DNA of 60,472 nt, from the NCBI GenBank assembly GCA_031372565.1, contig JANMLN010000145.1, forward strand, positions 1 to 60,472, read 5' to 3'. The first letter of the stretch is position 1. Every line of letters starts with the position of its first letter. The notes beneath the pieces were generated by a model. It was not told the origin of the DNA, did no database searches, and was given only the letters and a program-made list of their open reading frames with translations. The position numbers and the translations under genes were made by a program. This document shows positions 8,952 to 18,157 of this stretch, in pieces. The DNA is from Gemmatimonadota bacterium (GTDB taxonomy: Bacteria > Gemmatimonadota > Gemmatimonadetes > Gemmatimonadales > Gemmatimonadaceae).

Positions 8952-11609
8952 ATGGCAACCACTGAACAGCTCCAGACCGCCCTCGCGGGCCGCTACACCA
9001 TCGAGCGGAAGATCGGCGAGGGCGGGATGGCCACCGTCTACCTCGCCCGCGACCTCAAGCACGACCGCAAGGTCGCGCTCAAGGTCCTCAAGCCCGAACT
9101 CGGCGCCGTCCTGGGCGTCGAGCGATTCCTCTCCGAGATCAAGGTCACCGCCAACCTGCAGCACCCCAACCTGCTGCCGCTCTTCGACTCGGGCGAAGCG
9201 GGTGGGCTGCTCTTCTACGTGATGCCGTTCGTGGAAGGCGAGACGCTGCGCACGCGGCTCGAGCGCGAACAGCAGCTCCCCGTGGAGGAGGCGGTGCGCA
9301 TCGGGAGCGCCATTGCCAGCGCGCTCGCCTACGCGCACGAACGCGGGGTGATTCACCGCGACTTGAAGCCGGAGAACATCCTGATCCAGTCGGGGCAGCC
9401 GGTGGTCGCGGACTTTGGCATCGCCCTGGCCGTGTCGAATGCGGGCGGCGCGCGCGTCACCCAGACGGGCCTCTCCCTTGGCACGCCGCAGTACATGAGC
9501 CCCGAGCAGGCCACGGGCGATCGCACGATCGACGCGCGCAGCGACATCTACTCGCTCGCAGCCATGACCTACGAGATGATGGCCGGCGAGCCCCCGCATA
9601 CGGGGCCCAATGCGCAGGCGATCATGGCCAAGCTGCTCACCGCCGAAGCGGCCCCCCTGTCGTCGGTGCGGAAGTCGGCGCCGCTGCATGTCGAATTCGC
9701 CATCGCGAAGGGACTCGCGAAGGTACCGGCTGATCGCTTCGCCAGTGCGGCGGAGTTTGCGGCCGCGCTCGATGGATCGCGGGCGGTCACACGTCCGGCA
9801 ACGGTGGTGCGAACGGCGGCAGGCGCGGTGCGTGCGCGCCTGAGCTGGCGAGAGGGAGCGGGGTGGGGCCTCGCGCTGGCCGGGCTCGGCGCCGCGGTGT
9901 GGTTCGCGACGCGCACACAGCCGGCGGCGCCCATGCGCCGCTTCACCATCGACCCGCCCGACTCCGTCGTCGTGAATGGCAGCAGCATTGGCGGGACGAG
10001 TTCGGTGGCCGTATCGCCTGATGGCCGCACCATCGCCTTCGTGGGCAGCCACCGATTGCGAAACAAGCTCTACGTGCGGCAGCTGGACGAATCCGAAGCG
10101 CGCGAATTGCCGGGAACCGAGGGCGCCTCGCGTCCGGTCTTCTCGCAGGATGGCCGCACCCTGTTCTTCCTCGACCTGGGAGGGTCGCTCAACAGTGTCG
10201 CGGTCAGCGGTGGCTCGGCACGGAAGCTGGCCGACAGCGTCAGCGCGAACATCGCTGCGGGGGACGACGGGTCCCTCTATTTCTCGCGGCAAGGATGGCA
10301 GCTGTTTGTGTTGCGAGGGGAAAAAGGGACTCCACAGCTGGTGGCGAAACTCGACAGCGCGGCCGAAACGCGATTCGGAAGTCTGGCGGTGCTGCCGGGA
10401 TCGCGCCGGGCGATCGTCGCGCTGCGGGAAGGGATGCGCCTAGGAGTCCTTGCCGAGGTGGATCTGCGCTCCGGTGAGCTGCGGCCGACCAGTATCGAGG
10501 CAGCGCTCGTTCGCCATGTCGAGCCGGGGTTCTTTGTCATGGCACGCGGGGCAGGCGAGATCCGGGTTGCGCCCGCCGACGCGAACGGTCTCCCGAACAT
10601 GGATCAGGCGGTGTCACTCGCGCAGGATGCGGTCTCGCCGGCGGTGAATGCGGCGGACTTCGCCGTGGCGTCGCAGGAAGGGACGCTCGTGTATCGACGC
10701 CAGCGCAGCGCCCCCCTGCCGGCGACGCAGGTGGTCCTGGCCGGGGTGGGAGGTGCGTCTCGCGTGCTGCGCAGCGACGGGAGGCGATACGACCAGCCGG
10801 TGGTGTCACCCGACGGAAGTCGGGCGGTGCTGCGCGTCGGCGCCACCGCCTTCAACAACGGCGATCTCTGGCTCCTCGACCTTGCGAGTGGTGCATTCAC
10901 CCCGCTCACCCGGGGGAACGCCAGCTATCGACCGTCCTGGTCGCGAGATGGCAAGCGCATCTTGTACGTCACCGGTAACCCGGGCGAGAGCGTGGTGCAT
11001 TCGCTTCCATGGGATGGCAGCGGTGCGGACTCCGTCGTCGTGCAGAAGCCGAGTATCGCGGAGTTCGCCGAGGGACCGCGGGGTGGTTGGTCGGTGATCC
11101 GCAATTACGCCCAGCGCGACCTGTTCATCGTTCCCGCGGAGAGTGCGGCGTCGGCCACGTGGCGACCGCTGATCGTCGCGCCCTCCAACGAGACGAGCCC
11201 CCAGCTCTCTCCGAATGGACGACTCGTCGCCTACCAGTCCGATCAGTCGGGCGAGGTCGAGGTCTACATCACCGCCGTACCCGGCCCCGGGCCGCGCGTG
11301 CCCGTGTCCGTGGGCGGAGGACGGTCTCCGCGCTGGTCACCGGACGGATCGCGCCTGTTCTATCGCGGCGGCACCGACCTGCATGTCGCCACGATCGTTG
11401 AGCGACCGGAACCGGCGGTGAGCAAGCGCGAGGTCGTTCCGGGTGTTCGTCTCGCGGAGGACGCGGAGGTCAACTTCGCGCGTCTGCCGGACGGGAAGTT
11501 GCTGACCACGCTGGGCCCGCCGGCCCCACCGAGGACGTCGCAGCTGAGCGTCATCACCAATTGGCAGTCATTGTTCACCAAAAGGGCGGCGCCTGTGGCG
11601 CGGCCGTGA
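8952..11609 (+). CDS. Hanks-type Ser/Thr protein kinase with TM helix and TolB-like (PD40) beta-propeller
   Basis: GEGGMATVY, VALK, HRDLKPEN, DFG, GTPQYMSPEQ, SDIYS; TM WGLALAGLGAAVWF; repeated SPDG motifs. Confidence 0.96.
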   Translation: MATTEQLQTALAGRYTIERKIGEGGMATVYLARDLKHDRKVALKVLKPELGAVLGVERFLSEIKVTANLQHPNLLPLFDSGEAGGLLFYVMPFVEGETLRTRLEREQQLPVEEAVRIGSAIASALAYAHERGVIHRDLKPENILIQSGQPVVADFGIALAVSNAGGARVTQTGLSLGTPQYMSPEQATGDRTIDARSDIYSLAAMTYEMMAGEPPHTGPNAQAIMAKLLTAEAAPLSSVRKSAPLHVEFAIAKGLAKVPADRFASAAEFAAALDGSRAVTRPATVVRTAAGAVRARLSWREGAGWGLALAGLGAAVWFATRTQPAAPMRRFTIDPPDSVVVNGSSIGGTSSVAVSPDGRTIAFVGSHRLRNKLYVRQLDESEARELPGTEGASRPVFSQDGRTLFFLDLGGSLNSVAVSGGSARKLADSVSANIAAGDDGSLYFSRQGWQLFVLRGEKGTPQLVAKLDSAAETRFGSLAVLPGSRRAIVALREGMRLGVLAEVDLRSGELRPTSIEAALVRHVEPGFFVMARGAGEIRVAPADANGLPNMDQAVSLAQDAVSPAVNAADFAVASQEGTLVYRRQRSAPLPATQVVLAGVGGASRVLRSDGRRYDQPVVSPDGSRAVLRVGATAFNNGDLWLLDLASGAFTPLTRGNASYRPSWSRDGKRILYVTGNPGESVVHSLPWDGSGADSVVVQKPSIAEFAEGPRGGWSVIRNYAQRDLFIVPAESAASATWRPLIVAPSNETSPQLSPNGRLVAYQSDQSGEVEVYITAVPGPGPRVPVSVGGGRSPRWSPDGSRLFYRGGTDLHVATIVERPEPAVSKREVVPGVRLAEDAEVNFARLPDGKLLTTLGPPAPPRTSQLSVITNWQSLFTKRAAPVARP

Positions 11610-11688
11610 GGTCGACCGGACATGCCGGGAGACCCGACCAGGGCCTGGCGCTGACGGGCGACCAACCGCATCTCGCCGTCGCGCAACA

Positions 11689-12150
11689 TCATGCCTGACG
11701 GTAGGCGTTCTCCAGGGCAGCGACGTCGAGCTTCACCATCGTCATCATGGCCGCCATCACCGCCTGCACCTTGTTGGCGTTCGGATCGCGGATGAGTTCC
11801 ATGAACCGTCGCGGAACAATCTGCCATGTGACGCCGAACTGGTCGGTGATCCAGCCGCACTGCGACGGGGTTGCGCCGGCGTTGACGAGCGCGTGCCAGT
11901 ACGCATCAACCTCCTCCTGACCGTCGCAGTCGACGAACAGCGAGAACCCTTGGGAGAAGCTGAAGTACGGGCCGCCATTGTAGCCCATGAAGCGCTGACC
12001 ACCGATGACGAACTCGGCGGACATGACGGGGCCGTCCTCGCCCGTGCGGGCCACGTTCGAGACACGCGAGTCCGGGAACGTCGCGGTGTAGAACGCGATG
12101 GCCGCCTCGAGCTGGTCGTTGAACATCAGGAATGGCGTGACCTTCGACAT
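11689..12150 (-). CDS. VOC-family protein (PhnB / 3-demethylubiquinone-9 3-methyltransferase-like)
   Basis: KVTPFLMFNDQ.EAA..FY, NGGP.F.F..GFSLFVDC, QCGWITDQFGVTWQIVP. Confidence 0.94.
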   Translation of the reverse strand: MSKVTPFLMFNDQLEAAIAFYTATFPDSRVSNVARTGEDGPVMSAEFVIGGQRFMGYNGGPYFSFSQGFSLFVDCDGQEEVDAYWHALVNAGATPSQCGWITDQFGVTWQIVPRRFMELIRDPNANKVQAVMAAMMTMVKLDVAALENAYRQA

Positions 12151-12298
12151 CGGTCGCTCTCCGTGTGTGAAGTCGCCGTGTGAGACCCGGATGCGGCATC
12201 GAGCGCCTCAATAAAGTCGCGTGGCGGAGCGCCGCGCAACCATCGGATCGCGTGGCGCGTGTCGATCACCCCTTGCCCGCCGCGACCGCGTGCACTAG

Positions 12299-12322
12299 AT
12301 ACTGAACCATATGGTTCAGTAT
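12299..12322. promoter_or_regulatory. Perfect 24-bp palindromic operator centred on the ArsR start codon
   Basis: ATACTGAACCAT|ATGGTTCAGTAT; TTGCCC (-35-like) at 12273-12278; no SD before the ATG. Confidence 0.8.
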
Positions 12323-12676
12323 GCACCGACCCGACTCGACGCCTCGTTTGCTGCCCTCTCGGACGCCACGCGACGTGGCGTGGTGGAGCAGCTCGCGCGT
12401 TCCGACGCCTCGATCACGGAGCTCGCCGAGCGGTTCAACATGACGCTCACGGGCATGAAGAAGCACGTCGGCGTGCTGGAGCAGGCGGGGCTGGTCACGA
12501 CCAGGAAGATCGGGCGCGTGCGCACGTGCCAGTTGGGTCCGCGTCGATTGGCGGAAGAGATGGCGTGGCTCGAGCGGTACCGCCGGCGCTGGGACGCACG
12601 TTTCGACGCGTTGGACCGGGTGGTCGAGGAGCTCACACGACAGGAGAAGCGCGATGAACGCGAGCGGCGAAGGTAG
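12311..12676 (+). CDS. ArsR/SmtB-family transcriptional regulator
   Basis: LDASFAALSDATRR...ITELAERFNMTLTGMKKHVGVLEQAGLV..RK.GRVRTC. Confidence 0.94.
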   Translation: MVQYAPTRLDASFAALSDATRRGVVEQLARSDASITELAERFNMTLTGMKKHVGVLEQAGLVTTRKIGRVRTCQLGPRRLAEEMAWLERYRRRWDARFDALDRVVEELTRQEKRDERERRR

Positions 12677-13172
12677 CATCGGTCCCGTGAAGCACCGCAC
12701 CACGGTGGTGCGCACGTCGGACCGCGAGGTGATGGTCACGCGAACCGTCAACGGCCCGGCGCGCATCGTGTTCGAGGCGTTCGCCAAAGCCGAGCTGTTC
12801 CAGCGGTGGTGGGTGCCCAAGTCGATGGGCATGACGCTGGTGTCATGCGAGATGGATGTGCGCCTCAGCGGCAAATACCGACTGGCATTCGACGTTGGCG
12901 GCCCCGAGCCCATGGCGTTCTTCGGGACGTACGTCGAGGTGCAGCCGCCTGCGCGCCTCGCGTGGACCAACGAGGAAGGTGGCGAGCCTGCGCCGGTCAC
13001 CACGGTGACGTTCGAGGAGCAGGGCGGCCAGACGCTGGTGGTCCTGCGTGAGCGCCATCCGTCGAAGGAATCGCTCGACGCGGCCGGCACGGGAGCGGCC
13101 GAGGCCATGATCGAGACGTTCGATCAGCTGGAGGAGTTGCTGGTTACGCTGGGTGGGAGCTCGGGACGCTGA
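12654..13172 (+). CDS. SRPBCC / AHSA1-domain protein
   Basis: TSDREVMVTR.VNGPARIVFEAF...WWVP...CEMDVR..GKYR...PPARLAWT; overlaps the ArsR gene, the usual pairing. Confidence 0.93.
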   Translation: MNASGEGSIGPVKHRTTVVRTSDREVMVTRTVNGPARIVFEAFAKAELFQRWWVPKSMGMTLVSCEMDVRLSGKYRLAFDVGGPEPMAFFGTYVEVQPPARLAWTNEEGGEPAPVTTVTFEEQGGQTLVVLRERHPSKESLDAAGTGAAEAMIETFDQLEELLVTLGGSSGR

Positions 13173-13229
13173 CCGCAACGCCGCACACTGCAACCGGCCG
13201 TTGATCGGCGATGGTCGAACGCCCGGCTT

Positions 13230-14342
13230 TCACGGCCGATACAGCCACGACGATGACCGCGGCCCCCCGCCGTTTCCGTATCCCCCGGTGATCAACGCGC
13301 CACCAGTCTTCAGCAATGCGGCAGCGGAGAACTGACCCGCCATGCGAGGTTCCCCCGGAACAAGGGTGAACGTGCGGTTGCCTGGGTCGAACAGCTCCGC
13401 CTGCGGCGCGCCTCCCGCAACAAGGACGAGGCCACTCGGCAGCAGCAGGCTGGTGCCCGCATGCTTGTACCGGCTGAGCCTCATCGAGGGACCTGCCTCG
13501 AACTGTGCCGTCTTCGGATTGAAGAGTTCCGACGAGCGGTACTGGCCTTGCTCGTCCCGTTCATCCGTGCCGCCAGTCACCAGGACGTGGCCGTTACTCA
13601 TCAGGACACCATCGTGCTTGTGGCGGCGCACCAGCATGTCCCCCGCGCGGCTGAATGCACCGGTCGCGACATCGTAGATCTCGGCCGACGCAAGCAGTGT
13701 CAGGCTTCCCCTGCGGCCGTTGTGACCGCCGACGACCAGCACGCGCCCATCCTGAAGACGGACTGCGACGTGGCTCTCTCGCGCCGCGCTCATGCGTCCC
13801 GTCGGCGAGAAGCGGCCTGTCGCGGGATCGTAGAGCTCGGCGCTTGAGAGAAAGGTCCAGCCCGGCCCCAATCCACCAGCGATCAGCACCTTGCCGTCGC
13901 GCAGGAGAACGGCGACGTGATCCGCGCGGGGGGCGACCAGCGAACCGGTCCTGGTAAACGTGTTGGTCGCCGGGTCAAACAGCTCGGCGGCGGCAAGCGT
14001 CGTCGTGCCTTCGCCATATCCGCCCGCAATCAGCACCTTCCCATCAGGCAGACGTGTGGCGGTATGACTGTTGCGCGTCGTGAGCATCGGGGGCAGTGGG
14101 GAAAACCGACCGGTAGCTGGGTCGTAGCTCTCGGCGCCTCCTGCGGAGCCCTTTTCGATGAACCCGCCCGCGACCAGCACACGCCCGTCCGCCAGCGTGG
14201 TGGCGGTGTGCGCCGCCCGGCTCGCGCTCATGGCCGGTGCTGCAACCAGCTGCCCGTACGAGCGCTGAGCAGGAGTGCTCACGGCAGGAATGGTCGCCAT
14301 GCCAACCGCGAGCGCCACGCGCTGTCCCCACAGCCATCTCAT
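13230..14342 (-). CDS. Secreted Kelch-repeat beta-propeller protein
   Basis: Signal peptide; seven repeats of the R..H.A..L.DG.VL..GG...AELYDP type, the last degenerate. Confidence 0.93.
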   Translation of the reverse strand: MRWLWGQRVALAVGMATIPAVSTPAQRSYGQLVAAPAMSASRAAHTATTLADGRVLVAGGFIEKGSAGGAESYDPATGRFSPLPPMLTTRNSHTATRLPDGKVLIAGGYGEGTTTLAAAELFDPATNTFTRTGSLVAPRADHVAVLLRDGKVLIAGGLGPGWTFLSSAELYDPATGRFSPTGRMSAARESHVAVRLQDGRVLVVGGHNGRRGSLTLLASAEIYDVATGAFSRAGDMLVRRHKHDGVLMSNGHVLVTGGTDERDEQGQYRSSELFNPKTAQFEAGPSMRLSRYKHAGTSLLLPSGLVLVAGGAPQAELFDPGNRTFTLVPGEPRMAGQFSAAALLKTGGALITGGYGNGGGPRSSSWLYRP

Positions 14343-14370
14343 GAGACCGGTCCTCCCGTGCGAGTCGTCA

Positions 14371-15438
14371 TCAGCCGATCACTTTCCGCAACATCCGCTG
14401 CACGTTGCCGCCCAGCACCTTCTCGACGTCCTCGTCGCCGAAGCCGCGGTCGCGCAGACCGGCCCGCCAATCCTTGAGCTGCACGAAGCTCGTGAACACG
14501 GGCTTGAGATTGCCGTCCATGTCGGTGCCGAGCCCCACATGATCGATCCCGACGACATCAATCAAACGCTTCGTGTTGTCCACGAACTCGGCGAAGCTCC
14601 GGTTGAAGCCGCTCGGCCACATGCCGATGACACCGCCCGTGCCAGCCACGAGCTTCGCGTGCTCGGGCGTGATCGCACGCGCGGCGAGCAGCCGATCCGG
14701 CTCCATCGCCAGCAGGCTGTGCGAGAGCATGATCGGCGCGGTGGTGAGCGACACGACCTGCTTGACCGTGCTCATGGCCGCGTGCGCAACGTCGATGAGC
14801 ATGTTGGCCTTGTTCATCTCCTTCACCACCCCCTTGCCGAAGGCGGAGAGTCCGTTGTGCTGTGCGGGCTGCGTCTGCAGATCGCCGAGCGCACTCGGCA
14901 CGTAGTGCACGAGCTGGATGGAACGCACGCCGTCGGCGTACAACTGGTGCACGCGCTCGGGCTGGCCGTCGAGGCACTCGCCCCCTTCGCAGCCGAGGAA
15001 CGCCGCCACCTGACCCACGCGCTTGGCGCGCAGCAGGTCAACGGCGGTCGTTGCGTGGAAGGCGGGCACCGTCGTCAGCATCCCCTTGAAGAGTGCGAGC
15101 TGTCGTTCGTAGTCACGTCTCGCCTCGCCGGGATTGAACGCGCCGCGCACGACCACGCCCTTGTCGGTGAGCTGGATGAGCGGGCCGTCAGACACGATGC
15201 TGAAGAAGGCGCCGGTGAGCGCGCCAGCGCGCATGTCGGTGACGGTACGCAGCTCGGCATCGGGCGGCGAGGCCTCGGCGGTGCCGCGGCGGAAGAAGGC
15301 GCCCGGGTGCGTGTGCAGGTCGAAGGCGATCGCGTCATCATGCCGATGCGCGGTGCCGAGCGCCCGGAGCGAGGGCGCGAGCGAGAGGCCCGCGGATGCG
15401 AGCAACGAATCCTGCAGGAAGCGGCGGCGGTCGATCAT
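14371..15438 (-). CDS. Tat-exported membrane dipeptidase (M19 family)
   Basis: MIDRRRFLQ twin-arginine signal; CEGG, QLVHY, GLSAFG..VV.EMN...MLIDVAH, SHS, GIDHVGLGTDMDG. Confidence 0.92.
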   Translation of the reverse strand: MIDRRRFLQDSLLASAGLSLAPSLRALGTAHRHDDAIAFDLHTHPGAFFRRGTAEASPPDAELRTVTDMRAGALTGAFFSIVSDGPLIQLTDKGVVVRGAFNPGEARRDYERQLALFKGMLTTVPAFHATTAVDLLRAKRVGQVAAFLGCEGGECLDGQPERVHQLYADGVRSIQLVHYVPSALGDLQTQPAQHNGLSAFGKGVVKEMNKANMLIDVAHAAMSTVKQVVSLTTAPIMLSHSLLAMEPDRLLAARAITPEHAKLVAGTGGVIGMWPSGFNRSFAEFVDNTKRLIDVVGIDHVGLGTDMDGNLKPVFTSFVQLKDWRAGLRDRGFGDEDVEKVLGGNVQRMLRKVIG

Positions 15439-15661
15439 GCGAAGGCCAAGCGCTGGCTGACGTCGGACTGGTCGGGCATGCGCGGCGTTCCTCCGTGGCG
15501 GATCGGGCGCGGGATGACGGGACCGAAAGATCGGACCATCCATGGAGTATGTCATGCCGTCAGGTGCGCTGCTACCGGTGCGTGCGCCCAAGCGCGAAGT
15601 CGAAGCGGCAGTGCAGGGCGGGCGTGAGCGGCAGGAGGACTGCACACGCCGCGCGCGTTGC

Positions 15662-16597
15662 CTATCGCGCGGGCAGCTTCATCCCTGCGCACGGATCAGC
15701 GCGCGTCGCCGCCGGCACGAACACCGCAATGTCGTACATGGCCGGCGAGGGCAGCGTTGGCACCGCGTTGCCCGCTCCCGATTCCACAAAGCCGACCACG
15801 AGCAGCCTCGCGTCCGGCGCGGCCACGCGCAGCAGTCGCGGCACGGCGATGTCGGCACGCACATGACCGTTGCCGGCCAGCAGCCAGGGCTGCCCCGCCG
15901 ATCGTCCTGCCAGCAGTGCCTCGGCCATGGCCGCATCGCGGGCCACCTGCGCATCGCGCATCCCCGGTACCATGGCCGCCGGCAACTGCCCGCAGTGCCC
16001 CGCCACAAGGTCGGCGTCGAGGATGGCGCGCGAGACGCTGTCGATCGGCGCCGCGTCGGTGAGCCGTCGCAGTTCGCTGGGGGCTGCCGACGCTCCTTTC
16101 CGCACCACGTCGCGCAGCGCCTCGCGGCTCAGGTTGGTGCCGCGCATCTCGGCCGCCCGGTCAATGGCGGCGTCGACGAGCGCCGCGTGCAACGGCCACT
16201 GCCATCCTTTCCGGTCGAAGCCGTTCAGGTCGAGCCAGACTTCCTTGGCCTCGCCGTCAGCGGGACGGGCCATGGGCGCGGCACTGCGCGCAAAGTGCTC
16301 GAACACTGCCGACACGTGGCCTGCAGGCTGTGCCCGCAGCAGCGCCGCGCGTGCGCGGTGGATGGCCGCATTGTCGTGCTGCTCCCCCAGCAAGACGATG
16401 TCGGCGCGCGCCATGCGCGCCGTGAGGTCGGCGGACGAGAGGCGTTGTCCGGTGCGCAGCTCCACGATCACCACGGTATCGGTGAAGGTGACCGGAGAGG
16501 GGCCGCGCGGTGGCGCCGCCGTGCCGCAGGCGGCCCCGAGGAGGGCTACGAGCGAGAGGAGACGGAACTGTCGGAGCGTCGACGGGGTGGCAGGCAT
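15662..16597 (-). CDS. ChaN-family (heme-binding uptake / TIKI-superfamily) lipoprotein
   Basis: Lipobox LGAAC; ADIVLLGEQHDN..IH, GHCG.LP, AQVARDAAMA, LAGNGHVR.D..VP, DPCA. Confidence 0.88.
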   Translation of the reverse strand: MPATPSTLRQFRLLSLVALLGAACGTAAPPRGPSPVTFTDTVVIVELRTGQRLSSADLTARMARADIVLLGEQHDNAAIHRARAALLRAQPAGHVSAVFEHFARSAAPMARPADGEAKEVWLDLNGFDRKGWQWPLHAALVDAAIDRAAEMRGTNLSREALRDVVRKGASAAPSELRRLTDAAPIDSVSRAILDADLVAGHCGQLPAAMVPGMRDAQVARDAAMAEALLAGRSAGQPWLLAGNGHVRADIAVPRLLRVAAPDARLLVVGFVESGAGNAVPTLPSPAMYDIAVFVPAATRADPCAGMKLPAR

Positions 16598-16634
16598 GAG
16601 GAGAAGCTAGTCCGCATCAGTCCTCGAGAGGACC

Positions 16635-16865
16635 TCAGTGGGCGTACAGCACATCTCCCTCTTCATCGAGCCCGAGTTCCGACTCGGCCGCACACACACC
16701 GCAGCGCAGCATGACATGCCACGCCTCGTTGAGTTCCTCGGCCGCGGCGAGATTCGCGGCGGTGACCTTCACCCGCTTGTAGCTGTACTCGCCGCACCGC
16801 ACGCAGCCGTGGGCACGCGCGATCTTCTCGGCTTGCAATTCGTTGATCCGCTTCGGCTGGGTCAC
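16635..16865 (-). CDS. Small CxxC...CxxC zinc-ribbon-like protein
   Basis: CVRC and CGVC; ATG overlaps the SPFH stop (ATGA); strongly GC3-biased codons. Confidence 0.85.
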   Translation of the reverse strand: MTQPKRINELQAEKIARAHGCVRCGEYSYKRVKVTAANLAAAEELNEAWHVMLRCGVCAAESELGLDEEGDVLYAH

Positions 16866-17902
16866 GACGGCCGAGTGCCCGGGTCGATGGTGGCCTTGGC
16901 CGACACGGCGCGAGCTGCAGCGGCCACGTCGTTGGCGTTCGAGGACGACTTGAGCAGCTCCTTGAGCCCGCCGAGTGCGCCCATCACGCCGGCGGCTTCG
17001 GACGGAAGGAAGATCGTGGTCCCCTTGCCCTGCGCAACCTGCGGCAGCGCCTCGAGGTACTTCATCGAGAGCAGGTAGGTGGCCACGTCGCCGTCGGGGA
17101 GGGCATTCGCGATCTTCTTGATCGCTTCGGCTTCGGCATCGGCCATCGCGAGGCGCGCCTCGGCCAACCCCTGCGCACGGAGGACAGCGGCTTCCTTTTC
17201 GCCGAGGGCACGGAGGGCCTGCGATTCCCGGGAGCCCTCGGACTCGAGGATGGCGGCCCGCTTGGACGCTTCGGCGTTGGTGACCGCGGCACGACGTTCG
17301 CGCTCGGCGCGCATCTGCAGTTCCATGGACTGCTGGATGTCACGCGGCGGGTCAATCGACTGGAGCTCGACGCGGGTGACGTCCACGCCCCACGACACGG
17401 CCGCCTCCTCGATGACTTCACGCATCCGCTTGTTGATCATGTCGCGCGAGGCCAACGTCTGGTCGAGCTCGATCTCGCCGACGATGTTGCGGAGCGTGGT
17501 CTTGGTGAGGGTCTCGAGGGCGAAGGGGAGATTCTGGATGGCGTAGGTGGCCTTCTGCGGATCGGACACGCGGTAGTAGATGACCGCGTCGATGTCGATG
17601 GTGACGTTGTCCTTCGTGATGACGGGCTGGCGCGGGAAGTTCAACACCTGCTCGCGCAGGTCGATGCGCGCGGTGGAGCCGGCCGTGATCTTCTTGATGC
17701 CGGACGGATCGGCCTCGAAGTAGCGCACGTCGATGGTACGCGGACGCTCGATGAACGGGAGGAGGATGTTGAGACCCGAGCGCGCGACGCGATTGAACCG
17801 TCCGAGGCGCTCGATCACCATGATTTCGGCCTGCCCGACGATCTTGAACGACGTGACAAAAAAGACCACGGCAGCGACCGCGACGAGCCCGATGAGCAAC
17901 AT
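16862..17902 (-). CDS. SPFH / Band 7 / stomatin-family membrane protein
   Basis: N-terminal TM; VIERLGRF, IDLREQV..FP.Q.VITKDNV...IDAVIYY, QMRAERERRA. Real gene is the last 346 aa of track ORF 16862..20521. Confidence 0.95.
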   Translation of the reverse strand: MLLIGLVAVAAVVFFVTSFKIVGQAEIMVIERLGRFNRVARSGLNILLPFIERPRTIDVRYFEADPSGIKKITAGSTARIDLREQVLNFPRQPVITKDNVTIDIDAVIYYRVSDPQKATYAIQNLPFALETLTKTTLRNIVGEIELDQTLASRDMINKRMREVIEEAAVSWGVDVTRVELQSIDPPRDIQQSMELQMRAERERRAAVTNAEASKRAAILESEGSRESQALRALGEKEAAVLRAQGLAEARLAMADAEAEAIKKIANALPDGDVATYLLSMKYLEALPQVAQGKGTTIFLPSEAAGVMGALGGLKELLKSSSNANDVAAAARAVSAKATIDPGTRPS

Positions 17903-18157
17903 GCGCGAGGGGGTTGGGGACCCGTGAACGTTACCGCGCGCGGCGGTGATGGCGGTAGGGCGGGGTGACGGGGGCGGCCCTCCCTGTTGACGTCTCCCGG
18001 TGACGTCGGGACTGGCGAGCCCGGGTGTCGCGCCGTCGATTTCCACGGGCAGTGGGCCCCTCGCGGGCACCACGGTCTGCTCGGCCCACGACGCAGGGGC
18101 CCGCCGCCCCGCGCCACGTTGTGATGCGCTCCCTCGCCTCCCGCGCCTCGAGACTCC

